Assembly: GCA_965231025.1 (NCBI GenBank)
Contig: OZ246407.1
Span: forward strand, 746,935 to 810,934
Direction: 5' to 3'
Length of the DNA stretch: 64,000 bases
DNA from: an uncultured Candidatus Peribacteria bacterium
Lineage (GTDB): Bacteria > Patescibacteriota > Gracilibacteria > UBA1369
The translations under genes and the position numbers were made by a program. The stretch's first letter is position 1; every line of letters starts with the position of its first letter. Of this stretch, positions 1 to 8,841 are shown one piece after another. The notes beneath the pieces are model-generated. The model made no database searches. It saw only the letters and a list, made by a program, of their open reading frames with translations, and was not told the DNA's origin.

Positions 1-99
1 GGTCAAACCGTGGAATTCCAGATCAGGACACGAAAAATGGACGCCTTCGCGGAATACGGACCGGCATCACACGGACTTTATAAACAGTGGGAGCCGTAA
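1..99 (+). CDS. 3' end of a RelA/SpoT-homolog (small alarmone synthetase-like) gene, truncated by the window edge
   Basis: Frame 1 reads GQTVEFQIRTRKMDAFAEYGPASHGLYKQWEP*. This matches the conserved xExQIRTxxM..AE.G.A.H..YK block of the (p)ppGpp synthetase domain. Stop TAA at 97-99. Overlaps the convergent TrmB-like gene by 22 nt. Confidence 0.55.
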   Translation, partial: GQTVEFQIRTRKMDAFAEYGPASHGLYKQWEP

Positions 100-842
100 T
101 GCTCGGCCATCTTCCAGCAAAGATTGAACATGTGCCGCATATTTGCGGCGATACCGGCGCTCTCGATAACAACCGCCAGTTTTTCCTTCAGTGAAAAATA
201 AGCGACCTTTTCATCATAGATATTGATTTCCATGTCAAAAAAGTACTGATCCGCCGGAATCAGCCGGCTGACGCGCAATTCCTGAGTGTCTTTTTCATGA
301 CGCTTCCGCCCCATTGGAGTATCGGGGAAAATCGCTTTGATAAGAATGCCTGCGGCCTTCCGGCGCTGGTAATATTTGGGAACATATCTCGGCAAAGTGG
401 TTTCCGTGCTGTCGATGGACGCAATGGCCAAAATTTCCGTCTTGGAGGTCAGGGTGTCCTCGTAGGCGGCGATAATCCCCTCTTTCCCTTCATAAAAGGA
501 TATTTCAGGCTTCACAAAGGAAGGATTCGCAAAAGCGTCGAACAAAGACAGATTCCTCCGCAGTGAAGTGATGGAGGAACGCGCCATATTGTTCTGTTCC
601 TCGAGAATCTTTATAACAACCCTGAACGGAACCGCTGTAAAATAGTCCTTGTTCGCATACGAGAACCTGCTGACAAAGCCGCGGGCAATAAGCTTCTGGA
701 TGGCATTGATGACGTCGGTCCTTGCCATGCCGGTTTCTTTGGCCAACACTCCGGCATGCTGCGTCCCGACTTTCAAGGCAGCCAGATACACGACGACTTC
801 GTGGGGATGCAACCCGATTTTTTGGAGAACGCCCTCTAACAT
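78..842 (-). CDS. TrmB-family HTH transcriptional regulator
   Basis: 254-aa ORF. The N-terminus (LQKIGLHPHEVVVYLAALKVGTQHAGVLAKETGMARTDVINAIQKLIARGFV) is a TrmB-type winged helix, with a C-terminal effector-like domain. It lies 42 nt downstream of, and co-directional with, the 958-aa gene. Confidence 0.7.
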   Translation of the reverse strand: MLEGVLQKIGLHPHEVVVYLAALKVGTQHAGVLAKETGMARTDVINAIQKLIARGFVSRFSYANKDYFTAVPFRVVIKILEEQNNMARSSITSLRRNLSLFDAFANPSFVKPEISFYEGKEGIIAAYEDTLTSKTEILAIASIDSTETTLPRYVPKYYQRRKAAGILIKAIFPDTPMGRKRHEKDTQELRVSRLIPADQYFFDMEINIYDEKVAYFSLKEKLAVVIESAGIAANMRHMFNLCWKMAEHYGSHCL

Positions 843-884
843 AGGTGAAAAAAGTTAGGAAGCAAGGACATAGTATCCGAAAAA

Positions 885-3761
885 TTAGTGAGGTGTCCAA
901 TCCCGAGCGTCCCTCACCCGTTTATTTTGCTGACGGTCAATCCGTAAAAGTTCCGCATGAACTGAACGTATAGCATCAAAGAGTGCATCAATATCAGCCT
1001 TCTCATGAAGGTAATGGAAGGAGATTCTCAATGCTCTATTCCGATAAAGACAAGTGTCCAAACTGAATTTATGCGGTCTTTCAAGCAAAACCGGAAGCAT
1101 ATGACGGGCATTTTTACTTGGGAAATCAATGGTCACGATTCCACTGTAATCTTTCTTATTCCGATGAGAGGGATAGAGAACACGGCAGCCCATCAAAGAC
1201 ACGAGATCATCCCGCGTATATTGTTCCAATAATTGTGGAGCAACGGAGGGAAGACACTCATTTACAAACTTTTCTCCATACTGACAAGCCTGTTGAATCG
1301 TATACTGCGTCAATTCACTCATGCGTTGAACAATCTTCTGCTCAAGAGTGTACTTTCGTTTATCCCCCAAATTTCCTTCCATACGGAAGAGATCTACCGT
1401 TGACCTCAGCATATGTATCGCAAGACCCATGGCCGCAATGTTACCTTTTGGCATTGAGCTTGAGTATCTATGGGAAGAATGCTGACGACCAACCAAAGGG
1501 GACTTCTTCATGAAGTCCTGGGAAAGTGCGATGAGACCCGTCGTTGATCCTATGTCCGAGTGCCCCACCCCCAACGCTTTCCCTCCGCTGGTAAAGTATA
1601 TATCCGCGCCAAGTTTCACCAGTGAGTCTGTGCGGGCCCGCCCGACAGCCTGACAACCGTCCACGGCTACAGGAATCTGAGGATATTCCCGTTTTAAACG
1701 CCTTATGAGTTCCGCCAGGTAAGTCCCCGACGTCTTTTTCCCTCCAACACACGGAGCATCACCCAAACGTGTCTGAGAACTCAGCACGATAATCTTGGTG
1801 TGTTCCGGATCAACCTGGAGTGAAATATCATGAAAAAGTTGATCAACGGTCTTAGGAATACGTAACTTTTCATCATTCAAGCTGACCACGCGCAAACCCG
1901 GATCCTGGGGATCCTGAGGATCTTCAGGATATCTTCGATTCAGGTCTGCCCGTTTTCTAAATATGTCGGTAATGCCGGAAAACTCCTGATTCGTCACAAC
2001 GGCATGATCACCTTCTCCAAACTTCGGTAAATATTTCGCCAGCACATCCTCAAACGCTTCCTTCGCCGAATAGTAATAGAAAAACTGATACTTGCGGCCG
2101 CCCCCACCTTCTCTGGCATTGAAAAAGCGGGCAGCTTCCTTCTCAGCCATATGAACAATCTCATGAAAACTCGAAACTGAGGCCATCGCTTCAGCCGCAT
2201 CAGTGACAAAACCGCGCTCGACACCCAAAAAGGCCGTATTAAAATACTTGGACAATGGCACATCAGGGGGAACCAAAAGTCCTTCAGCATCGGAAAGAGG
2301 GAACAATCTGACCGTTTCCCCGCGAACAGTGAGCCCATCCCTGATTTGGGCATCACCATAATGCATAAAACAGAGATTCATGATGATTTCGCGGATGGAC
2401 TTGTTCCTGCACTGACGAATTGGAATATCAAGAAACGGATCCTGGGTATGGAGCAATGAACTGATCGAGTGGGCAAGTTCAGGATCGCCTTTCAGCCGGT
2501 CATCGCGTTCAAGCGATTCGACGATATCCAAAAACTCCAGTTGAACAGCCCGGTTCTTTACAATGCATTTTGGATGAAGAAGAGCAAGGAACGCCTTTCC
2601 GAGCCGCAGAACTTCAGGGGGTAAAGGATCAGGTTTCCTTCTTTTCATCCTTGGATGGTAGTGTGTCTGAACAAGCGTCGTTGTCGCATCACCCTCCAGC
2701 GCATACTTATTGATAGCCACCAGAATCCTGGCTTTCTCCTGATACGACATATTCATTCTCAAGATATTGCTGACCTTCAGCGCATCAAAAGGAGTTTGTT
2801 TTAAATCACCCTGAAACCACGGATTCACAAACTCTCCGGATTTCTCGACCCCGTTGGGAGTGGAAAGTTCATAATGAATCTGATCGAGATCCACAATTGG
2901 ATCCTCAACCGATCTCCGAATCAGAGTAAGCGAAGAATGGCGCAACACCTCGGCCAAACCTGACCGACACCGTTCCTCCATCCCGTTGGGATGCTCGCTG
3001 TTATCAAGCAAAAACTTACTGATATAACTGTATTCCTTCAAAAAAGTGGCGAGTTGAGTGAAGAAAACCGGAGGAGCAGAAACGGTCACATCGTCATCGG
3101 AAGCCGGGGAACTGCACTCCTGCTCAACATTTTTGAAAGATCTGATTTGCGCCGCAACGATAGCCTGAACCCGTTCAATATCACCATCGAGCGCCCAGTA
3201 CAACAAATGGGCAATGCCGATATCAGCATCCCGGGTGAAATAAAGCTTTATTTCACTCTCCAGACGGTTCAGCTCATGACAAACCTCTTCGGTTAAATTC
3301 GGACAAAGCGCATCTGCCTTTGCCTCAATCAAATGCCGAAGAAAACCCTGGTCATCAATGGCGTCCGCACTCTCAAGACTCCATCCCACATGATGTCGTT
3401 GTACATCATCAAAACCAAGTGCGAGTTCGGGACAACTCCTAGCAATTTCTTCGCGAATAGCCCTCGTGAGCGGAACTGACAAGAGATTCCGGCGAATTTC
3501 GGCAAACGGGGTTTCAGGGGGGAGCCGGTGTACCACCGCCAACGCGGCATTCGCAGCATCCAAATCCAGTTTCTGCCGTTCCAGCGCAGCACCGGGAACT
3601 ATCGCGTCCCGGGTACTTAAAAATATCTGAACGAGTTCGTCAGAAAGCGCTGCCTTAAGCTCATCATCGGCTGATTGCCCCTCAATGGCTCGCACGTCCC
3701 CTTTTTCATCTTTAGGCTCGGTCATACCTCCGGATAATATGAAAGGCGAAGAAACTAACAT
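885..3761 (-). CDS. 958-aa protein: unknown N-terminal ~520 aa fused to a class-V aminotransferase / cysteine-desulfurase-like PLP fold
   Basis: The C-terminal part carries VAVDGCQAVG, YFTSGGKALGVG (the SxHK lysine motif, with Gly in place of His) and ALRISFHYLHEKADIDALFDAI. These are typical of fold-type I class V enzymes. The N-terminal half has no motif I recognise. Confidence 0.6.
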   Translation of the reverse strand: MLVSSPFILSGGMTEPKDEKGDVRAIEGQSADDELKAALSDELVQIFLSTRDAIVPGAALERQKLDLDAANAALAVVHRLPPETPFAEIRRNLLSVPLTRAIREEIARSCPELALGFDDVQRHHVGWSLESADAIDDQGFLRHLIEAKADALCPNLTEEVCHELNRLESEIKLYFTRDADIGIAHLLYWALDGDIERVQAIVAAQIRSFKNVEQECSSPASDDDVTVSAPPVFFTQLATFLKEYSYISKFLLDNSEHPNGMEERCRSGLAEVLRHSSLTLIRRSVEDPIVDLDQIHYELSTPNGVEKSGEFVNPWFQGDLKQTPFDALKVSNILRMNMSYQEKARILVAINKYALEGDATTTLVQTHYHPRMKRRKPDPLPPEVLRLGKAFLALLHPKCIVKNRAVQLEFLDIVESLERDDRLKGDPELAHSISSLLHTQDPFLDIPIRQCRNKSIREIIMNLCFMHYGDAQIRDGLTVRGETVRLFPLSDAEGLLVPPDVPLSKYFNTAFLGVERGFVTDAAEAMASVSSFHEIVHMAEKEAARFFNAREGGGGRKYQFFYYYSAKEAFEDVLAKYLPKFGEGDHAVVTNQEFSGITDIFRKRADLNRRYPEDPQDPQDPGLRVVSLNDEKLRIPKTVDQLFHDISLQVDPEHTKIIVLSSQTRLGDAPCVGGKKTSGTYLAELIRRLKREYPQIPVAVDGCQAVGRARTDSLVKLGADIYFTSGGKALGVGHSDIGSTTGLIALSQDFMKKSPLVGRQHSSHRYSSSMPKGNIAAMGLAIHMLRSTVDLFRMEGNLGDKRKYTLEQKIVQRMSELTQYTIQQACQYGEKFVNECLPSVAPQLLEQYTRDDLVSLMGCRVLYPSHRNKKDYSGIVTIDFPSKNARHMLPVLLERPHKFSLDTCLYRNRALRISFHYLHEKADIDALFDAIRSVHAELLRIDRQQNKRVRDARDWTPH

Positions 3762-3835
3762 ATTTTATATAAAAAGGCAAGGGGTCTTTCCTGAGCAAGA
3801 CCCGCTCAGTGTACACCGAAAAAATGAGAAAAAAA

Positions 3836-3864
3836 TTGACAAATTGATGAAATTGCATAATAAT
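3836..3864 (+). promoter_or_regulatory. sigma70-like promoter of the His-rich mini-protein gene
   Basis: TTGACA (3836-3841), a 16-nt spacer, then TAATAA(T) (3858-3864), about 36 nt before the ATG at 3900. Confidence 0.45.
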
Positions 3865-3899
3865 GCCCTTCTGAATACAATAAATTAACCAAGAAAACT

Positions 3900-4175
3900 A
3901 TGTCTGGACACGCAGAAGCAGGGCACGGCCACGAAGCCGGTGAACATGGGCATGACACCGAAAGCGCCCTGGAAACATTGAGCGACGGAATAATGAAAAT
4001 CATCAAAAGCGTCGGCATCGCCGTCAAAAAAGTATTTAACGGAATAACCGGATTCGCAAAGGATGTTTTCGGAGGTTTGTTCAGCAAGGGCGGTCATGAT
4101 GCTCATGAGGGCGGGCACGGAGCCCCCGATGCACATGGAGCCGCTGCAGCACACGCGCCGGCCGCCGGACACTAA
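3900..4175 (+). CDS. 91-aa histidine-rich small protein with a central amphipathic helix
   Basis: Sequence: MSGHAEAGHGHEAGEHGHD...IMKIIKSVGIAVKKVFNGITGFAKDVFGGLF...GGHDAHEGGHGAPDAHGAAAAHAPAAGH. The gene has its own promoter and its own intrinsic terminator, which supports a real monocistronic gene. Confidence 0.55.
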   Translation: MSGHAEAGHGHEAGEHGHDTESALETLSDGIMKIIKSVGIAVKKVFNGITGFAKDVFGGLFSKGGHDAHEGGHGAPDAHGAAAAHAPAAGH

Positions 4176-4204
4176 CAGAAACGACGTAACCCGTATGACA
4201 CGAA

Positions 4205-4241
4205 ACGAAGGCACGACACCAAGGTCGACCTTCGTTTTTTT
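4205..4241 (+). terminator. Rho-independent terminator after the His-rich gene
   Basis: acgaagg...ccttcgt stem (inner palindrome aaggtcgacctt) followed by a T7 run at 4235-4241. An extended -10 (TG-a-TACAAT, 4243-4251) for the next gene follows directly. Confidence 0.6.
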
Positions 4242-4285
4242 GTGATACAATACGTAAGCATTTCATACTTTAACCACTTTATTCC

Positions 4286-5254
4286 ATGAACATGAAAAAA
4301 GGTCTCGCGGGGATCGTCAGCGGTACACTCCTGGTGATCTCATTGCCGATCACCGTCGGAGCGGCAATAATGACAGGAACACAGACGGATTTTACGGATG
4401 TAAATCCTTCAAACCAAAACTACACGGCAATCATGTACCTGAAAGATCATGGGGTCATCAGCGGTTACCCCGATGGAAGTTTCAAACCCGACCAGGTGGT
4501 CAACCGTGCCGAAGCTCTTAAAATTATTCTTCTCGGCTCAAACGTCCAGGTGGCGACATCAATCGACCTCGAGCCCTTCCGCGATGTTCCAAGGACGGAA
4601 TGGTATGCGCCATTCGTGGATAAAGCCAAAGAACTCACCATCGTTCAGGGCTATGAGGACGGGACTTTCAAACCGGCCCAGACCGTTAACCTGGTGGAAA
4701 ACCTCAAAATCCTTCTCCTGGCTCAAAAAACGAACCTGAGTGCCATGACGGTAACAGCGGACCCCTACGCCGACGCCTTTGCCAACGAGTGGTACGCGTC
4801 ATACGTTCAATATGCCAAGGATAAAAATCTCATCGACGCCGACGGCAGCAATATGATCTTCCCCGCGCAGGGAATGACACGGGCAAAACTTGCCGAAGCG
4901 ATGTACCGCCTGATGTACATGAAGGCAATGGGATGGGACGCGTACACGAAAGAGACTCAACAACAAACCCAGCAACAAACCCAGCAAACAACCCAGCAGC
5001 AGACAATAAACGTTGATATCAAAGACTTTCTTTTCGTCGAAAAAAATATCATCGTCAAAGTCGGAACAACGGTAACATGGACAAACAGTGACATCGCTCC
5101 ACACACCGTCACCAGCGATACGGGATCTGCGCTCGACAGCGGGAATCTATCCCTGGGACAAACCTACAGCATGACATTTACCGCAGCGGGAACTTATAAC
5201 TACCATTGCGCGGTACACCCTTCCATGACCGGAACCGTAACCGTGACCGAATAA
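4286..5254 (+). CDS. Secreted protein with three SLH domains, a Gln/Thr linker and a C-terminal type-1 copper (cupredoxin) domain
   Basis: Signal peptide MNMKKGLAGIVSGTLLVISLPITVGAA. Three SLH repeats (FTDVNP..GYPDGSFKPDQVVNRAEALK, FRDVPRTEWYAPFV..GYEDGTFKP, and a third). The cupredoxin copper ligands are present: APH ... YNYHCAVHPSMTG (5204-5227). Confidence 0.8.
   Translation: MNMKKGLAGIVSGTLLVISLPITVGAAIMTGTQTDFTDVNPSNQNYTAIMYLKDHGVISGYPDGSFKPDQVVNRAEALKIILLGSNVQVATSIDLEPFRDVPRTEWYAPFVDKAKELTIVQGYEDGTFKPAQTVNLVENLKILLLAQKTNLSAMTVTADPYADAFANEWYASYVQYAKDKNLIDADGSNMIFPAQGMTRAKLAEAMYRLMYMKAMGWDAYTKETQQQTQQQTQQTTQQQTINVDIKDFLFVEKNIIVKVGTTVTWTNSDIAPHTVTSDTGSALDSGNLSLGQTYSMTFTAAGTYNYHCAVHPSMTGTVTVTE
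4958..5002 (+). repeat. CAA/CAG/ACC trinucleotide-type coding repeat (QQQTQQQTQQTTQQQ linker)
   Basis: The sequence caacaacaaacccagcaacaaacccagcaaacaacccagcagcag lies inside the SLH-cupredoxin CDS, between the SLH and copper domains. Confidence 0.6.
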
Positions 5255-5268
5255 ATTGATACGCCATC

Positions 5269-5296
5269 AAAAAGACCCCGCATGCGGGGTCTTTTT
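5269..5296. terminator. Bidirectional intrinsic terminator (SLH-cupredoxin gene and tRNA-Lys)
   Basis: The sequence aaaagaccccg-cat-gcggggtcttttt has a perfect GC-rich stem flanked by an A-run and a T-run, so it works on both strands. Confidence 0.7.
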
Positions 5297-5321
5297 GTAG
5301 ACGAATCGAAATAAACATCCA

Positions 5322-5397
5322 TGGTGGGCCAGCCCGGGATCGAACCGGGGACCATCGCCTTAAGAGGGCGCCGCTCTACCAGCTGAGCTACTGACCC
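5322..5397 (-). tRNA. tRNA-Lys (anticodon CUU), CCA encoded
   Basis: The reverse complement GGGTCAGTAGCTCAGCTGGTAGAGCGGCGCCCTCTTAAGGCGATGGTCCCCGGTTCGATCCCGGGCTGGCCCACCA folds as a cloverleaf. The 7-bp acceptor stem has one G-U pair. D-arm is GCTC/GAGC, the anticodon loop is CTCTTAA, and the T-arm is CCCGG-TTCGATC-CCGGG. Confidence 0.9.
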
Positions 5398-5544
5398 ATG
5401 AGTATCACGGCGGGGCAGCAGTAGCTTATGCTAATGGCCCACGCGTGAAAGACATCTACTTCAACCTGACTTGGAAAAGAGCGCAATAAAATTAGCATTC
5501 TTCCCCTGTTGATTCAAGCGGTTTTTTACTAAAATGCTTGTACT

Positions 5545-6675
5545 ATGAACAATATACTTTTTTATACGGACACTCCCTTCACCGGCGGTGCCGAAAAACA
5601 CATTCACCTGCTCGCAAAAAACCTGGTGAAAGACGGATACCGGGTGAGAGTGGTCTGTTCAAGCTACAAGAAACTCGACGTCTGGTGCTCGGAAATGAAA
5701 AAGGACGGAATAGGGATTATACGACTGAAAGTGAGCCACAAACACGACCCCCGACACTACTTTGAACTGAAAAAAATTCTGAAGAAAGACGAACCGGACC
5801 TTTTGCATCTCCATCTTTGGAATCCGGGATCCTGCCGCTACGCATTCTGGGCAAAAGGAAAAAAACAGACGCGCATCGTAACGACCGAACACGACCCGTT
5901 CCCCCTCCAGGGAATCAAAAAAAACTTCAAGAAAAATGCGCTCGCCAAAACCACCCACACCATCACGGTCTCCGAAGCAAATTACCGCCAGATGCTGAAA
6001 TGGTATCCCGAACTCAAGAACCGGATGAGCATCATCCACAACGGAATCGATCTTGAAGCGTTTGAAAAAGAGCTCATGCACTTTACCACGCAGGAAAAAC
6101 ATAAAATCCGGACACAGCTTTTTGAGGCCAAATCCGACGACACCGTCCTGCTGACCATCGCCGCGCTCCATCCGCGCAAAGGATTAAAGTATTTACTGAA
6201 AGCAATGCGGAAAATCATTGAACAAAAAAATAGTACAAAACTGGTAATTATCGGTGAAGGACCCGAAAAACCGGAACTGGAAAAACTCATCAATAAACTG
6301 AAAATCCAGGACCGGGTCAAACTGCTCGGGCATCAGGAAAACATTCCGAAGATGCTCAAAAGCAGCGATCTTTTTGTACTTCCAAGTATAAAAGAGGCAT
6401 TCGGCCTGGTGCTTTTGGAAGCCATGGCCGCGCAAGTGCCGATCGTCGCCACAAACGTCGGAGGAATTCCCGAAATCGTGGAAGACAGAAAAAACGGGTT
6501 CCTGGTGGAACCGCGCGATGAAGACGCGCTTACCCAAACCATTCTCATGCTGATAAAGAACAAACCGCTGCGGGAAAAACTGGCCTTCCTGGGTCACCAC
6601 AAGGTCAAGCAGTTCGACCTCAAGGGCATGGTGGAAAAAACCAAAAAGGTCTACCATGAAATTCTCGGCAAGTAA
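5545..6675 (+). CDS. Glycosyltransferase family 4 (GT-B, RfaB/WcaL-like)
   Basis: The N-terminus reads FYTDTPFTGGAEKH. The C-terminal GT1/GT4 signature is LFVLPSIKEAFGLVLLEAMAAQVPIVATNVGGIPEIVEDRKNGFLV. Confidence 0.85.
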   Translation: MNNILFYTDTPFTGGAEKHIHLLAKNLVKDGYRVRVVCSSYKKLDVWCSEMKKDGIGIIRLKVSHKHDPRHYFELKKILKKDEPDLLHLHLWNPGSCRYAFWAKGKKQTRIVTTEHDPFPLQGIKKNFKKNALAKTTHTITVSEANYRQMLKWYPELKNRMSIIHNGIDLEAFEKELMHFTTQEKHKIRTQLFEAKSDDTVLLTIAALHPRKGLKYLLKAMRKIIEQKNSTKLVIIGEGPEKPELEKLINKLKIQDRVKLLGHQENIPKMLKSSDLFVLPSIKEAFGLVLLEAMAAQVPIVATNVGGIPEIVEDRKNGFLVEPRDEDALTQTILMLIKNKPLREKLAFLGHHKVKQFDLKGMVEKTKKVYHEILGK

Positions 6676-6687
6676 CCACGCGTCATC

Positions 6688-8040
6688 ATGAAACTGAAGA
6701 ATATTTATATATGTGAACAATGCGGATACGAATCCCCAAAGTGGGTCGGAAGATGTCCTGACTGCAACGCCTGGAACTCGTTCCAGGAAGATGTCGTGGA
6801 AAAAACCCCATCGAATAAAGTTGAAGGGAAAGTCCTTTCCCCCTCTCCCCTCATCCACGAGGGAAACGTTGAAATGAGAATTGATACGGGTATTGAGGAA
6901 CTCAACCGCGTGCTTGGAGGCGGACTGGTGAAAGGGAGCATGATCTTGCTGAGCGGAGAACCGGGTATCGGAAAATCCACCCTCACCCTCCAGATCTGCA
7001 GCCAGATCGCCAAAAAAAAACTGAAAGTACTGTATGTGTCCGGAGAGGAATCCCAGCACCAGATAGCGTCCCGGGCCAAAAGACTTGGAATGAAGGAAAA
7101 CGTCGACTTTCTTGGAGAAACACAGTTTGAGCACATCCTCGCGACGGTCGAAAAAGTAAAACCTGAATGCGTCATCATCGATTCGATCCAAGTCATGTAC
7201 TCAAGTGAAGTCGGATCCCTTGCGGGGAGCATCAACCAAGTCCGTCACTGCACGGAAAAGATGATGGAGTTCGCCAAACGTACCGCAACTCCGGTCATTC
7301 TGATCGGCCACGTAACCAAAGACGGAAATCTGGCGGGCCCGCGCGTCCTTGAACATCTCGTGGACACCGTGCTGTTTCTGGAGGGGGAAAGATACCAGAA
7401 TCTCCGGCTGCTGCGGAGCATGAAGAACCGTTTTGGCCCCACTCACGAGGTGGGAATATTTGAAATGAACGAACTGGGGTTACAGGAGGTCGCCAATCCA
7501 TCCGAACTGTTCCTTGATGGAAGAAAGAAAGACAGCTTCGGGTCAGCCATCACGGCGACAATCGAAGGCACAAGGCCGTTGCTCCTGGAAGTTCAGGCGT
7601 TGACGAACCTCACCGCGTTCGGATACCCCAAGCGGGCCGGCAGCGGATTCGACAACAACCGGCTGCAGCTGCTCATTGCGGTCATCCAGAAACACCTGAA
7701 ACTCAATCTCTCCAGCCAGGACGTGTACGTAAACATCGTCGGCGGATTCCGACTGGGAGAACCAGCGGCGGATCTGGCGGTAGTGATGGCCATTATTTCG
7801 TCCCTTACGCAAAAACCGCTGGCCTCAGGGAGCATTTACATCGGCGAAGTGGGGCTTTCGGGGGAACTCCGCAGCGTTTCCGAACTGCCCAAGAGAATCA
7901 GGGAAGCGGAGAAACTTGGTTTCACCAAAATCTACGTTCCCAAAATCAAAAAAACAACGACCTCAAAAACCGCGGAGATCGTCCAGGTCCAGGACCTCCA
8001 GGAACTTATGTCGCCTGGTGACCGAGCGCAAAAAGCCTAA
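6688..8040 (+). CDS. radA: DNA repair protein RadA/Sms
   Basis: Zinc ribbon YICEQCGYESPKWVGRCPDCNAWNS, Walker A GEPGIGKSTL, KNRFGPT motif, and a Lon-like C-terminal domain. Confidence 0.95.
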   Translation: MKLKNIYICEQCGYESPKWVGRCPDCNAWNSFQEDVVEKTPSNKVEGKVLSPSPLIHEGNVEMRIDTGIEELNRVLGGGLVKGSMILLSGEPGIGKSTLTLQICSQIAKKKLKVLYVSGEESQHQIASRAKRLGMKENVDFLGETQFEHILATVEKVKPECVIIDSIQVMYSSEVGSLAGSINQVRHCTEKMMEFAKRTATPVILIGHVTKDGNLAGPRVLEHLVDTVLFLEGERYQNLRLLRSMKNRFGPTHEVGIFEMNELGLQEVANPSELFLDGRKKDSFGSAITATIEGTRPLLLEVQALTNLTAFGYPKRAGSGFDNNRLQLLIAVIQKHLKLNLSSQDVYVNIVGGFRLGEPAADLAVVMAIISSLTQKPLASGSIYIGEVGLSGELRSVSELPKRIREAEKLGFTKIYVPKIKKTTTSKTAEIVQVQDLQELMSPGDRAQKA

Positions 8041-8788
8041 CGGCGTTTCCGGTAGTCAATTCACCGATTTTGTCTAAAGACACTCCCCTAGCCTGGGCGA
8101 GCACTTTTGCCGTCTCAACAACAAACGACGGCTCATTCCGCTTCCCCCGGTGAACCTGGGGAGCCAGGTACGGACAGTCGGTTTCTACAAGAATCAGCTC
8201 TTTGGGAGCCAGACGGGCGGCTTCTCTCAAATATTCGTTTTTTGGATACGTCACCACACCGGAAAACGAGGTATGATGGCCGCGATCCCAGCAAATCTTG
8301 GCATGTTCGACCGTACCGGTAAAACAGTGCAGGATCACTTTAGTGTTCCCAACCTCCCCTATAATCCTCAAGGCGTCGTCCCAGGCGTCGCGCACATGCA
8401 CGACCACCGGAAGGTCCAGTTCCCTGGCCAAAGCCAACTGTTCGGAAAAAGTCCGGATCTGCACGTCCCTGGGCTTCAAATTCCGAAAATAATCCAGCCC
8501 CATTTCACCCAGGGCAACAACCTTTTCCTCCTCCATAACAATTTTCCGGAAACTGAGCGCCACGCCGGCATTCCACTCATCAGCATTGTGGGGATGCACC
8601 CCGAGCGTAGACCACAGGGAAAACCCCTTATGTCGTTTCACGAATTCCAGCGCCAGGTACGAATCTTTCTCCGTACATCCGACGATGATTTGCCGGGTGA
8701 CCCGGGCCTCGATTGACCTTTGAAGAATAGCTTCAACATCGGGAAACTCTTCGAGGTAATGGATATGGGAATGGGTATCGGTAAACAT
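8006..8788 (-). CDS. tatD: TatD-family metal-dependent hydrolase/DNase
   Basis: MFTDTHSHIHYL start, with the conserved H/E/H/D metal ligand spacing (ALGEMGLDY, VVHVRDA, ILHCFTG, VETDCPYL). The 3' end overlaps radA convergently by 35 nt. Confidence 0.9.
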   Translation of the reverse strand: MFTDTHSHIHYLEEFPDVEAILQRSIEARVTRQIIVGCTEKDSYLALEFVKRHKGFSLWSTLGVHPHNADEWNAGVALSFRKIVMEEEKVVALGEMGLDYFRNLKPRDVQIRTFSEQLALARELDLPVVVHVRDAWDDALRIIGEVGNTKVILHCFTGTVEHAKICWDRGHHTSFSGVVTYPKNEYLREAARLAPKELILVETDCPYLAPQVHRGKRNEPSFVVETAKVLAQARGVSLDKIGELTTGNAVRLFALGHQAT

Positions 8789-8841
8789 GAAAACACTCTA
8801 CCACAACCTGCAGCTTGACGGATATGGATTGATTCTGTTTA

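Noticed and set aside
3781-3803. Hairpin gggtctt-tcctgagc-aagaccc in the divergent spacer between the 958-aa gene and the His-rich gene, considered as a terminator.
   Set aside because: No gene ends on either side of it and there is no flanking T-run. It may be an operator or a 5'-UTR stem, but I cannot support a call.
5322-6675. tRNA-Lys as an integration hotspot with a genomic island next to it.
   Set aside because: I saw no integrase, no direct repeat of the tRNA 3' end and no compositional break. The neighbouring GT4 and radA genes look native.
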